Below, piece after piece: positions 1 to 9,717 of a DNA stretch of 52,041 nt (positions are counted from its first letter, which is position 1; the number at the start of each line of letters is the position of its first letter). Source of the DNA: Lachnospiraceae bacterium (GTDB lineage: Bacteria; Bacillota; Clostridia; Lachnospirales; Lachnospiraceae); assembly GCA_045603305.1 (NCBI GenBank), contig JAZULV010000004.1, positions 1 to 52,041 of the forward strand, given 5' to 3'. The translations under genes and the position numbers were made by a program. The notes beneath the pieces are model-generated. The model searched no databases, was not told the origin of the DNA, and saw only the letters and a program-made list of their open reading frames with translations.

Positions 1-1689
1 ATTTTGTTCTATAAGTTTATTATGGTCTCCTTGTTCAATAATACCTGTTTTATCAATAACAATTATATTATCTGCATTTTTTACAGTTGATAATCTATGT
101 GCTACTACTAAAGTTGTTCTTCCTTTACTTAATTCATCAAGTGCTTGTTGAATTTGCATTTCTGTAACATTATCAAGTGCAGAAGTTGCTTCATCAAATA
201 TCAGAATCGGAGGATTCTTAAGAAATACCCTCGCAAGGGACAATCTCTGCTTCTGACCTCCTGAAAGCTTGACTCCGCGCTGACCGATATAAGTATCATA
301 ACCTTCCGGCAGAGACATAATGAATTCATGGGCATTTGCCGCCTTCGCCGCTGCAATAACCTCATCCTTAGAAGCTTTCGGTTTGCCGTACAATATATTC
401 TCCATTACAGTTCCCGCAAACATATATACATCCTGCTGAACTATACCGATTGCCTTTCGCAAATCTTTCATGGCAATGTCCCTTACGTCCATACCATCTA
501 TTTTAACTGAGCCGCCATTCACCTCATAAAATCTCGGTATCAGACTGCATATAGTAGATTTTCCTACACCTGATGAGCCGACCAAGGCAACATATTCACC
601 GCTGTTAACTTTTAAATTAAGATTGTTAAATATCATTGGTGTGTTCTCTTCATATCTGAAAGATACATTTTCAAATTCTACATCACCGTTAAAGCATTCA
701 GGGTGCAATGGGTTTTCTTTATCCTTTAAATCAGGATTCATGGAGACTATCTCATAAAATCTTTCGTAGCCGCTCATACCATTCTGGAACTGCTCTGTAA
801 GAGTCACCAGCTTCTTAATCGGTTCTGTAAAACTGCTTATATAAAGTAAAAATGCCAGCAAATCAGGAACACCAATATTTCCTCCCGCCAGAGATAAACC
901 TCCGACTAAAATTACCGCAACTGTTATAAGCGTAGTAAATGCACCGAGTCCTGCATGATAAGTTCCCATATTATAATAACTGTCTTTTTTGCTCTCTAAG
1001 AACTTTTCATTACCTGCAGCAAACTTCTCCATCTCAATTTCTTCGTTAGAAAAGGATTTTACTACCCTTATACCGGAGAGGCTGTCCTCTATCTGGGAGT
1101 TTACGTCAGCAATCTTTTCCCTGTTGCGCTTAAAAGCCTTTTTCATGCGTCGGTTAAGCACAATTGCAAAAGCAACCATAAAAGGGATCATTATAAATGA
1201 TGCAAAGGTAAGAGCGGTATTGATATTCCAGAGAATAATTAGTGAACCTACAAGCTTTATAATAGATATCACAATATCCTCCGGTCCGTGATGGCACAAC
1301 TCGCTTATGTCAAAAAGGTCATTAGTCACCCTTGACATCAGCTGCCCTACCTTCTGATTGTCATAGAAAGAAAAGGATAACTTCTGATAATGACTAAACA
1401 AATCATGACGCATATCCCTTTCCATCCTTGCACCCATTATATGACCGTAGGTTCCGATGAAAAAATTACAAAAAGCTTCAACGAGCACAAGTACAACCAT
1501 AACTATCACAAGTCCGATAATCATGTCTTTTGCCCGCTTTGCATCGAAATACACCACTGTACCGGTTATATATCTAATAATAAGCGGTATCATAAGAGTA
1601 ACGCCTGCACCAAGGCAGGCGAAAAATAAATCAGCAAACAACATCCCTAAATAAGGACGATAATATGAAATAAATCTCCTAAGCTTCAT
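1..1689 (-). CDS. ABC transporter, fused permease/ATP-binding protein (MsbA/multidrug-exporter type). It is partial: the C-terminus runs off the 5' edge of the window.
   Basis: Reverse-strand translation from the ATG at 1687-1689 (MKLRRFISYYRPYLGML...) gives six TM-like segments followed by an NBD. Walker A is GSSGVGKST, the ABC signature is LSGGQKQRLSLARVF, Walker B is ILIFDEATSALD and the H-loop is VVAHRLSTV. The reading frame is still open at position 1. Confidence 0.85.
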   Translation of the reverse strand, partial: MKLRRFISYYRPYLGMLFADLFFACLGAGVTLMIPLIIRYITGTVVYFDAKRAKDMIIGLVIVMVVLVLVEAFCNFFIGTYGHIMGARMERDMRHDLFSHYQKLSFSFYDNQKVGQLMSRVTNDLFDISELCHHGPEDIVISIIKLVGSLIILWNINTALTFASFIMIPFMVAFAIVLNRRMKKAFKRNREKIADVNSQIEDSLSGIRVVKSFSNEEIEMEKFAAGNEKFLESKKDSYYNMGTYHAGLGAFTTLITVAVILVGGLSLAGGNIGVPDLLAFLLYISSFTEPIKKLVTLTEQFQNGMSGYERFYEIVSMNPDLKDKENPLHPECFNGDVEFENVSFRYEENTPMIFNNLNLKVNSGEYVALVGSSGVGKSTICSLIPRFYEVNGGSVKIDGMDVRDIAMKDLRKAIGIVQQDVYMFAGTVMENILYGKPKASKDEVIAAAKAANAHEFIMSLPEGYDTYIGQRGVKLSGGQKQRLSLARVFLKNPPILIFDEATSALDNVTEMQIQQALDELSKGRTTLVVAHRLSTVKNADNIIVIDKTGIIEQGDHNKLIEQN

Positions 1690-1708
1690 ATACTCTATAA
1701 ACCTTTAA

Positions 1709-2653
1709 TTACTTACCTAAAATCATTCTGGCTGCACCATAAATACCGGCATCATTGCCAAGGGTTGCAAGAGCAATCTTTGCCTTCTCCTCTTTAAGTG
1801 TTGCAAGATTATTATAGTGACCGCTAATAACATCAATAATGTACTGGCCAGCCTTTGATACACCACCGCCGATTACGAAAATCTGTGGATCGCATACGTA
1901 TGAAACCTGCTGCATTACTAACGCAAGATACTTCATACAACTGTCAACTACTTCTATCGCAACTTTATCTCCAGCCTTCGCTGCATCAAGTACATCCTTA
2001 CATGAGAAGTTCTCAATATCCCTAAGAGTTGAAGCCTCCTCTGTCTTTGCAAGAGCACGCTTAGCTTCCTTCACAATACCTGTAGCTGAAGCATACTGCT
2101 CAAGGCATCCCTTTGCACCACAGCCGCACTTGTCCGGCTCTGAAAGATTCACTGTGATATGTCCTACTTCACCGCCCATGCCTTTGCTTCCGTTTACAAT
2201 CTGCTGGTCAAGGATGATACCGGCACCAACACCTGTACCAAGAGTGATAGCTGCAAGGCTTGTATATCCCTTGCCGCCGCCCTGCCACATCTCACCAAGA
2301 GCTGCAACATTAGCATCGTTACCAACCTTAACAGGAGCTCCGCCTAAAAGGGCACTTAACTCCTCGGCAGGATTCACCTTCTCCCAGCCAAGGTTAACAC
2401 ACTTCTCAACATAACCATTGTCCATAACCGGTCCCGGAACACCCATGCCGGCACCAACAAAGTCAGCCTTGTCAATACCCTTCTCCTCAAGCTTCGCATT
2501 GATTGAAGCCGCTATATCAGGAATAATATTCTTGCCGCCATCTTCTTTTCTGGTTACTACTTCCCACTTATCAAGGACTGTACCAGAGGTTTCAAATAAA
2601 CCTAACTTTACTGTTGTTCCGCCTACGTCTACACCGACACATATCTTGCTCAT
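1709..2653 (-). CDS. glcK: ROK-family glucokinase
   Basis: 314 aa starting MSKICVGVDVGGTTVKLGLF (the ROK N-terminal ATPase motif). It carries the CGCGAKGCLEQYASATG zinc motif typical of ROK sugar kinases. RBS GGGAGGA lies upstream. Confidence 0.85.
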   Translation of the reverse strand: MSKICVGVDVGGTTVKLGLFETSGTVLDKWEVVTRKEDGGKNIIPDIAASINAKLEEKGIDKADFVGAGMGVPGPVMDNGYVEKCVNLGWEKVNPAEELSALLGGAPVKVGNDANVAALGEMWQGGGKGYTSLAAITLGTGVGAGIILDQQIVNGSKGMGGEVGHITVNLSEPDKCGCGAKGCLEQYASATGIVKEAKRALAKTEEASTLRDIENFSCKDVLDAAKAGDKVAIEVVDSCMKYLALVMQQVSYVCDPQIFVIGGGVSKAGQYIIDVISGHYNNLATLKEEKAKIALATLGNDAGIYGAARMILGK

Positions 2654-2743
2654 CGCATATCCTCCCTGTTCTGTTAATCACAAATAATCTTGAAAACAGT
2701 CCGTTCTACTGACTCTTAGTTCTACTATAATACATTTACTCCA

Positions 2744-3934
2744 TTAATTCAAATATGATTTAAGGATTTCAGCCTTGTCAGTTCTCTCCCATGATAAATC
2801 AAGGTCGTTACGTCCAAAATGACCGTAAGCTGCAGTCTGCTTGTAAACAGGTCTTCTTAAGTCTAACATCTTAATGATTCCGGCCGGACGTAAGTCAAAA
2901 TTCTCGCGGATAATCTCAACAATCTTTTCGTTGCTAAGCTTGCCTGTACCAAAAGTCTCTACCATGATAGATGTAGGCTGGGCAACACCGATAGCATAAG
3001 AAAGCTGGATTTCACATCTGTCAGCAATACCTGCTGCAACAATGTTCTTTGCAACATATCTTGCTGCATAGGCTGCTGAACGGTCTACCTTAGTGCAATC
3101 CTTTCCTGAGAAAGCACCACCGCCATGACGGGCAACTCCACCGTAAGTATCTACGATAATCTTTCTTCCTGTAAGTCCACTGTCACCGTTTGGTCCGCCA
3201 ATTACGAATCTTCCTGTAGGGTTAATAAAATACTTTGTATTCTCGTCAATAAGATGCTTTGGAAGCACAGGCTCAAATACATACTTCTTAATATCCTCGT
3301 GAATCTGCTCCTGGGTTACCTCCGGTGAATGCTGGGTTGAAAGAACTACCGCGTCGATATGTACCGGCTTATCATTCTCATCATACTCAACTGTAACCTG
3401 GCTCTTTCCGTCAGGCCTTAAATAATTTAACACACCGTCCTTACGAACCTTTGTAAGCTGTCTTGTAAGCTTGTGGGCAAGAGCAATTGAATAAGGCATA
3501 TATTCCTCTGTCTCATTTGTAGCGTAACCAAACATCATACCCTGGTCACCGGCACCAATAGCCTCAATCTGCTCGTCAGTCATCTGGCTTTCCTTCGCCT
3601 CTAACGCCTTGTCAACACCCATAGCAATATCTGTAGACTGCTTGTCCAGCGATACCATAACTGCACAGGTGTTACCATCAAAGCCCTTGTCTGAGCTGTC
3701 ATAACCGATTTCAAGCACAGTGTCTCTAACGATTTTCTGATAATCAATATTTGCCTTTGTAGTAATCTCACCCATTACCATAACAAATCCTGTGTTAGTA
3801 CATGTCTCACAGGCAACACGACTCATAGGGTCCTGCTCTAATAATGCATCAAGTATTGCATCTGATACGGCATCACAGATTTTGTCCGGATGGCCTTCGG
3901 TAACTGATTCTGACGTAAATAAATATTTCTCCAT
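2744..3934 (-). CDS. metK: S-adenosylmethionine synthetase
   Basis: 396 aa starting [29 protein letters not shown]. It has the MetK signature GGGAFSGKD and the glycine-rich VDTYGG region. RBS AAGGAGGA lies 6 nt upstream. Confidence 0.95.
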   Translation of the reverse strand: MEKYLFTSESVTEGHPDKICDAVSDAILDALLEQDPMSRVACETCTNTGFVMVMGEITTKANIDYQKIVRDTVLEIGYDSSDKGFDGNTCAVMVSLDKQSTDIAMGVDKALEAKESQMTDEQIEAIGAGDQGMMFGYATNETEEYMPYSIALAHKLTRQLTKVRKDGVLNYLRPDGKSQVTVEYDENDKPVHIDAVVLSTQHSPEVTQEQIHEDIKKYVFEPVLPKHLIDENTKYFINPTGRFVIGGPNGDSGLTGRKIIVDTYGGVARHGGGAFSGKDCTKVDRSAAYAARYVAKNIVAAGIADRCEIQLSYAIGVAQPTSIMVETFGTGKLSNEKIVEIIRENFDLRPAGIIKMLDLRRPVYKQTAAYGHFGRNDLDLSWERTDKAEILKSYLN

Positions 3935-3960
3935 TTGTTCCTCCTTGGATTGTAAACATG

Positions 3961-4097
3961 GTCTTGAAATTTTTACTCTTATATGCTTGTGTTAATATTT
4001 AAATTCTCGCAAGCTTAGGCTCCGGCGTAAACGCCTGCGATGCGCTTGCCAAGAATTTAAATATTAACGCAAGCAAGCAAACTAAAAGTTTCAAGAT
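3961..4097. promoter_or_regulatory. 137-bp near-perfect palindrome in the metK leader/promoter region. The inner arms are 17 bp perfect (gttaatatttaaattct / agaatttaaatattaac), the centre is ggcgt-aa-acgcc, and the outer arms are tcttgaaa / tttcaaga.
   Basis: Read directly off the sequence. It lies between the metK start (3934) and the tandem repeat array. The SAM-I core motifs (GGAGGGA, GCCC...CAACC) were not found. Confidence 0.35.
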
Positions 4098-4135
4098 AAG
4101 TTAATAGTTGCTTCTGTCGGGTCTCTAATGGTTTT

Positions 4136-4370
4136 CCCGGGTTGGGCCGCCTGCGGCGGGATGTTTGTTTGTTTTGTTCCGAGGACGCATGTGCTTTTGC
4201 CCGGATGGGCCGCCTGCGGCGGAATATTTGTTGTTACAACGAGCAAACAAATTGTTTGCCCGGATGGGGCGCCTGCGGCGGAATATTTGTTGTTACAACG
4301 AGCAAACGAATGGTTTGCCCGGATGGGCCGCCTGCGGCGGGATGTTTGCCGGTAAAAAAATCGGATCACA
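4136..4370. repeat. Tandem direct repeat with four copies and a 59-63 bp period. Each copy starts cccgg(a/g)t(g/t)gg(g/c)cgcctgcggcgg(g/a)at(g/a)tttg and contains the small palindrome ccgcc-tgc-ggcgg.
   Basis: Copies start at about 4136, 4199, 4258 and 4317. Copies 2 and 3 are nearly identical over their full 59 bp, so there are no unique spacers and this is not CRISPR-like. The repeats are GC-rich relative to their flanks. Confidence 0.8.
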
Positions 4371-4382
4371 AAGGACCCGATA
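4354..4382 (-). terminator. Possible intrinsic terminator on the minus strand: stem tcgg(a)tc / ga(c)ccga followed by a U7 tract.
   Basis: On the plus strand an a7 tract (4354-4360) precedes the atcgg...ccgat hairpin. The stem is weak. Confidence 0.3.
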
Positions 4383-4594
4383 ATACTCAATATCAAATCC
4401 TCTTATTGATCGATTGCTCGCTCAGGCTGGCACCTTCCTTTACAGGGGTTGCCGTGGCTTCACAGATCCTTTGTATCTCCACCACTCTGAATAAGAGAGA
4501 AATAGATTATGCAGAAAGCATAAAAACTCTGCACAATATATATTTAATTGTGTCTATATCATAAAATACACGAACTATGTCGATTCGTCAACAC

Positions 4595-5884
4595 TTAAAT
4601 TACTTCCAGTTTAAATTTCATAATGTCGCGCTCTGTATCAACCAGCTCTATCACAGCCCCAAGACCTCTAAGCTTCTCATCAAAACTCTCGTAGCCTCGT
4701 AAAATATACTGTATCTCATCAACAACTGTATATTCATCCGCAGCAAGACCCGCAAGCACAAGCGCCGCACCGGCTCTAAGGTCCGGAGCAGTTACATCAG
4801 CTCCGGTGTAATGATCAACACCGTCGATAACTGCAACATTACCTTCAACCTTTATAGATGCTCCCATCTTAGTAAGTTCATCTACATACTTAAATCTATT
4901 TTCAAAAATACTCTCTGTCACAATGCTGGTACCACCTGCCAGTGCAAGGGCAACTGCTATCTGTGGCTGCATATCTGTAGGGAATCCCGGATACGGAAGA
5001 GTCTTTACGTGGGTATGCTTAAGCTTCGGCTTACCTACAACACGAATAGCATCATCAAACTCCACTACTTCACAGCCCATCTCCATAAGCTTTGAAGATA
5101 TAGCCTCTAAATGCTTCGGTATAACATTCTTAACCATAATGTCACCCTTAGTAACAGCGGCTGCCATCATAAATGTTCCGGCTTCTATCTGGTCAGGAAT
5201 AATGTAATACTCTGTTCCGTGAAGCTTCTTAACGCCTTTGATACGAATAACATCAGTTCCTGCACCCTTAATATTAGCACCCATGCTGTTTAACATATTA
5301 GCAACATCAACTACATGAGGCTCCTTAGCTGCATTCTCTATAGTGGTGGTTCCGTCTACCATAGCTCCTGCAAGCATAATATTAATAGTAGCACCTACTG
5401 ACACCATATCCAAATATATATGTCCGCCGATAAGTTCTTTACCTTCTGCAATAACCATTCCTCGCGCTACTTCTGCATTGGCACCAAGCGCACGAAAGCC
5501 TTTGAGATGCTGGTCAATAGGACGGCTTCCTATATTGCAGCCACCCGGAAGTTCAACTTCTGCTTTTCTGAATCTTCCAAGCAAAGCACCTATAAGATAA
5601 TAAGAACCCCTTATTTTCTTTATAGCATCTCCTGTAACCTTTGATGTGTATATTGTAGAAGCATCTATCTTAACAGTATGTCTGTCAACTCTGTCTACCT
5701 TCGCACCTATATCAGCTATTGCATCAATCAAGGCATTAATATCTTTAACATCCGGTAAATTATTTATTGTAACAAGCTCATCAGTCATAATAGCTGCCGC
5801 TAAAATTCCTAATGCAGCATTCTTAGCCCCCCCAATAACAACGTCACCCACCAAAGGGTTACCGCCTTTCATAACATATTGCAT
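4595..5884 (-). CDS. murA: UDP-N-acetylglucosamine 1-carboxyvinyltransferase
   Basis: 429 aa starting MQYVMKGGNPLVGDVVIGGAKNAALGILAAAIMTDE. It has the typical MurA/EPT-fold repeats and the catalytic-loop region KLPGGCNIGSRPID. Confidence 0.95.
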   Translation of the reverse strand: MQYVMKGGNPLVGDVVIGGAKNAALGILAAAIMTDELVTINNLPDVKDINALIDAIADIGAKVDRVDRHTVKIDASTIYTSKVTGDAIKKIRGSYYLIGALLGRFRKAEVELPGGCNIGSRPIDQHLKGFRALGANAEVARGMVIAEGKELIGGHIYLDMVSVGATINIMLAGAMVDGTTTIENAAKEPHVVDVANMLNSMGANIKGAGTDVIRIKGVKKLHGTEYYIIPDQIEAGTFMMAAAVTKGDIMVKNVIPKHLEAISSKLMEMGCEVVEFDDAIRVVGKPKLKHTHVKTLPYPGFPTDMQPQIAVALALAGGTSIVTESIFENRFKYVDELTKMGASIKVEGNVAVIDGVDHYTGADVTAPDLRAGAALVLAGLAADEYTVVDEIQYILRGYESFDEKLRGLGAVIELVDTERDIMKFKLEVI

Positions 5885-6048
5885 TATGCCACCTCAGTTA
5901 TATATATTCTCTAACTATCAATAATAGACTTAAATGTTGTCGAAACATAAAAAATTGTCGACTTATCCCTCTCTCATCATTATATCATAAGAATACTTTT
6001 TGTAAATTAATTTTTATACAATTAAGACACACAAAGTTCACATTTCAA

Positions 6049-8601
6049 CTATCTGACATAGGATAAATATACATTTCCATTAGAACTGAATAGATTTTCT
6101 GCGTCCTGCCAGGAAAGAGTGTAGGTATTCTGAAGCATTGTATCATACATTATTATTGTGTTGCTTCCGTAAAAACCAACAATCAGTTCTACTTTATCCT
6201 TTCCCGTATATACCATTACAGGACTTCCTTTATCTACATAATAAAGCACCTGATTCAGTATACATCCCTGAAGATCTAATGCACCATTGTCTAAGGAACT
6301 GTTCAAAATACTGTATGCAGATTTGCCTTTGCCCAACTCTTTTTCTGCATTCGTTTTCTTTCCTTCTAAACTTAATATAGTATTTACACAGGCAGCCAGT
6401 GTTGATGCTTCATCAGTGGCTGCAAATTCCGCCGGAACTTTTATACTTCTGACAGGACTTCTGTTTGCTCTGGTCCAGATATAATTCTGCTTACTGTCAA
6501 CGACTATACCCATATTGTCATAGATCATCCCGATTGCATCTCCTACAGTCTCAGCAACTCCTGTAAGTTCTCCGCAGCTATAGGCGTAATAACGGTTATC
6601 CTGCTCTTTTTCTTCTGATGCCGCCATGGAAAGATTCTCTATTGCACTTGCAGGTATCTCCGGATAATTAATTGAGAACTCTTTTGATATGGCTATAGCC
6701 GGAAGTTCCAGACTATATACACGTTTTCTTAAGTTCAGTATCCTTGAGGTAATAGCTGATGACTTTTTCTCAGACTCCCAATTCTTAATGAGTACATCAT
6801 CTGCAGCTTCGCTAAAGCTTCCTTCCTGAGTCTTTACCTGTCTATTTATTATAATTCTCTCATCATCAATAATTATACCACTTATATAATACCCATCTTT
6901 ATAGTACTCGGCTTCAATCTCATATTCCTTATTTATTATCTCAAGTTTATACATCGGATAATTAACGACTGAAACGCCTTCTCTTATTATATCCTCTGCA
7001 TAAGCCCTTCCGATTACCATATCACCATCGAGGAAGCCTAATACTCTGATAAACTCTCCTTCCTCAGCTTTAACAGTATGCTCTGAGCCATCAGTTAAAA
7101 ACATCTGCCTAACCAGCGTACACTTACTCCAGTCATCCTGTTCCTGCCAAGCGGCAATGCCATTCTCGCCATCTACGGCATACATAGTATCAGAAAGTCC
7201 GTCTGCAATCTCAACATATTCCATTCCGCTAAAGTCAACTGAAAACAAACTGTCTCCAAATACCATATAATACATGTCATTACTTCCCATGAATGACAGT
7301 TTACCAAGGTCTTGTGCAATTACACCATAAGGTCTTGTTGACTGCATAAAGAATATTTCACTTAATGTATTTGTCTCGCTGGTATACTGATAAAACCCGA
7401 CTCCGCACTTACCCTCATGAATTCCGCTGTTCATATATCCGGCTACAGTAAACTGAATATTACCGCTACTGTCTACCGATACTATCTGAAACTTATGGTC
7501 ATCTAAAAGTGTTCGTACATCATTTACTTCTTCTTTAAAAGAAAAGACTCTTACAGCATTGTTTCTTGTAGAATTAAAACACCACAACTCTCCATCTGCA
7601 ACAAATACATTGTACGCTCCGTTTGATGCTGCCTCTAACGGCAGATAATCCCCGGATACAATACCAATCTCTACATTGTTTGAACTGATTCGTTCTTCGT
7701 TAAATTCAAACCTTTCATTTGCTACGCGCTCATATGCTATCAGATAATACGTACTATTCACATATCTGATACAGAAAAACTCCTCAACATCAATTAGTAT
7801 TTCTTTATTTCTCTCATTTAATGCTTTTGCTTCATACTCCAGAGTAACAGATCCTGTCATTTCATTAAACTCGTTGATAGACACACTAACATTGCCTGCA
7901 AGCTGTGGTTTCAAGTCTCCCCAGCTTACATGATTAAATGTAGATTTTATATTCGCATATCCAAAGGATGTGTTATCAGTAGAACTGTCACTCTCCAGCT
8001 GGTATATCAGATCGTTACCCATGGTATCAGCTAAAGCCTGGGCACTAAAATTCTTCACATAACCAAGAATACCTCCGATAACTGTATCATTGTAGTATCT
8101 GATTCTTGTATAATAATTAATCTTTTTGTAATCAGTTGTAGATACGTTTATCACAAGTTGATACTCTGTTGCCTCTTCAAAAATATCTTCCAAAGAGATG
8201 TTAACATCAAAGGTCTCTAATTCGGCATTATAATCACTGCACTTTTTGCTAACATACAGTTTTTCACCATCAAGACTCCATACTTCATAAGAAATATCTT
8301 TAATACTGCTCTCATATGTATCAACAGTAAGTGTCATATTCCTGTCCGAAGCAACAGGAGTAATGGTATCACGCATATAAGTCATATCCATGTCAATGGT
8401 ATATCCATAAAGGCGGTTGATTCTTTCGCCTTCAAAATTCATATATAAAACAGGAAGAGTTGCCTCATTCCATTCAGCATATGTCTTCTGTTTTTCATCA
8501 TCACCATTGATGATAAGTACTGCAGCAACAACACCTACAAACACCAGTATAAGCACCAAAGCTTTAATTAACCTACTCTTCACTGTTATCCTCCAAAACA
8601 A
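6049..8601 (-). CDS. Large membrane-anchored extracytoplasmic protein of unknown function. It has an N-terminal signal anchor.
   Basis: An 850-aa ORF with an N-terminal TM segment (LIKALVLILVFVGVVAAVLII). The first codon in the ORF track is TTG; an in-frame GTG at about 8583 follows a GGAGGA RBS and is the more likely start. No motif was recognised. Confidence 0.55.
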   Translation of the reverse strand: MFWRITVKSRLIKALVLILVFVGVVAAVLIINGDDEKQKTYAEWNEATLPVLYMNFEGERINRLYGYTIDMDMTYMRDTITPVASDRNMTLTVDTYESSIKDISYEVWSLDGEKLYVSKKCSDYNAELETFDVNISLEDIFEEATEYQLVINVSTTDYKKINYYTRIRYYNDTVIGGILGYVKNFSAQALADTMGNDLIYQLESDSSTDNTSFGYANIKSTFNHVSWGDLKPQLAGNVSVSINEFNEMTGSVTLEYEAKALNERNKEILIDVEEFFCIRYVNSTYYLIAYERVANERFEFNEERISSNNVEIGIVSGDYLPLEAASNGAYNVFVADGELWCFNSTRNNAVRVFSFKEEVNDVRTLLDDHKFQIVSVDSSGNIQFTVAGYMNSGIHEGKCGVGFYQYTSETNTLSEIFFMQSTRPYGVIAQDLGKLSFMGSNDMYYMVFGDSLFSVDFSGMEYVEIADGLSDTMYAVDGENGIAAWQEQDDWSKCTLVRQMFLTDGSEHTVKAEEGEFIRVLGFLDGDMVIGRAYAEDIIREGVSVVNYPMYKLEIINKEYEIEAEYYKDGYYISGIIIDDERIIINRQVKTQEGSFSEAADDVLIKNWESEKKSSAITSRILNLRKRVYSLELPAIAISKEFSINYPEIPASAIENLSMAASEEKEQDNRYYAYSCGELTGVAETVGDAIGMIYDNMGIVVDSKQNYIWTRANRSPVRSIKVPAEFAATDEASTLAACVNTILSLEGKKTNAEKELGKGKSAYSILNSSLDNGALDLQGCILNQVLYYVDKGSPVMVYTGKDKVELIVGFYGSNTIIMYDTMLQNTYTLSWQDAENLFSSNGNVYLSYVR

Positions 8602-8845
8602 AAGCAGTTTAACAACATATAGTCACAGCCCCAAAAGCTATGACTATATTGTAATTCCTTATATTAAAATTCACAACCATTTTTTGTGTTACAGCATAAT
8701 CAAAACATCTGTCACAACAAATGGTATCGTATATTATAGTATATGGCAAAAGCTTTTCAACGAGCCTGTCCCACATACACAAATTATTACTCAGCGGCAT
8801 ATCTTTAGGATTTACCGTCACTCATATTATTGCAAATATAATGAA

Positions 8846-9625
8846 TTAATACACATCATTAATAACCGGTGAACAAAGATAAAGTTTCGTCTTATTTTCA
8901 ATCTCATCATAGGTCATAATAATATTCACATTTATCTTTTCACCATTATTCACAATATATTTTTCTTCCGCGTCAGAATATGCATACAAATCAAAACTGC
9001 CGTCAATATATGTGCTGCTTACTTCTCTGGCAGACAAATCTTCAAGAAAGTCTTTTGACAAACGCTTCATTTCATCTTCAGAAAGCATACCTTCGGCTTC
9101 TCCCGTATAAACTACAGTTATCTCACTTTCAGCGCCATTGTCATCGCAATATCTCTCGAATTTGTTTTTGTACTCCAGTGCATTATCAAGAACTCCGTCG
9201 ACGCTAATGCACATATCCATATAATTTATGAGAGATATCTCCTTTGGTGAAACCTCAGTCTCTTTAGTTATGAGCTTAAACTCTGCAAAAGCATTTGCAC
9301 CTTCTCTGGTATATGCAGCAGTAATTATATTGGACTCTCTGCTATGTTCTATACAGCCATCTGTCGGAACATTAAGATATTCTGCAAAATCATTAAGCCA
9401 CTCTGATTTCTCTTCTTCTGTATAGTAAGAAGTGTCTATCATGCCGCGGCATCTGACCACAAAGCCTTTATTCTCCAACTGTTCACTTTCAATAATACCT
9501 GCCATACTCTGTATACTGCTGCCTTTTGCAGACTTTATATACTGAATCATTGCAGCTATCCAAAGCAACGCAAAAGCACACATAAGAATATAATTCACAA
9601 TTTTTCTATTTTTCAGCTTATTCAT
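8846..9625 (-). CDS. Hypothetical membrane protein with one N-terminal TM helix
   Basis: The start was moved to the second Met (MNKLKNRKIVNYILMCAFALLWIAAMIQYI) because a GGAGGA RBS sits 5 nt upstream of it. The protein is about 259 aa. Confidence 0.5.
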   Translation of the reverse strand: MNKLKNRKIVNYILMCAFALLWIAAMIQYIKSAKGSSIQSMAGIIESEQLENKGFVVRCRGMIDTSYYTEEEKSEWLNDFAEYLNVPTDGCIEHSRESNIITAAYTREGANAFAEFKLITKETEVSPKEISLINYMDMCISVDGVLDNALEYKNKFERYCDDNGAESEITVVYTGEAEGMLSEDEMKRLSKDFLEDLSAREVSSTYIDGSFDLYAYSDAEEKYIVNNGEKINVNIIMTYDEIENKTKLYLCSPVINDVY

Positions 9626-9717
9626 AATAATCCTCCAACTTCTAAATACAATCAATATTGGTTTACTTATTATGAAAGTATTGCCATAAAAACAGCAGTT
9701 ATACTATATTCAGTATT

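Noticed and set aside
1839-2687. Plus-strand ORFs of 191, 62 and 89 aa
   Set aside because: They are antisense to the well-supported ROK glucokinase gene. They are low-complexity Pro/Ser/Thr-rich translations typical of the antisense frame.
3935-4130. S-box (SAM-I) riboswitch upstream of metK
   Set aside because: I expected one and looked for it. Only a weak CUUAUC...AUAAGAG P1-like pairing is present, and the conserved aptamer core is absent. I therefore report a palindromic leader rather than a riboswitch call.
4136-4370. Possible CRISPR array
   Set aside because: The units abut each other and are similar over their full length. There are no unique spacers and no cas genes.
4091-4396. A 101-aa minus-strand ORF with reiterated NIPPQAA(H/Q)PGK, plus overlapping plus-strand ORFs at 4128-4564
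   Set aside because: These ORFs are produced entirely by the four-copy tandem DNA repeat. There is no RBS, and the periodic peptide simply mirrors the 59-bp period.
6049-8601. C39-like peptidase domain at the C-terminus of the 850-aa membrane protein
   Set aside because: A Cys-containing motif (DLQGCILNQ) caught my eye, but no downstream His/Asp catalytic partners are present. I left the protein as hypothetical.
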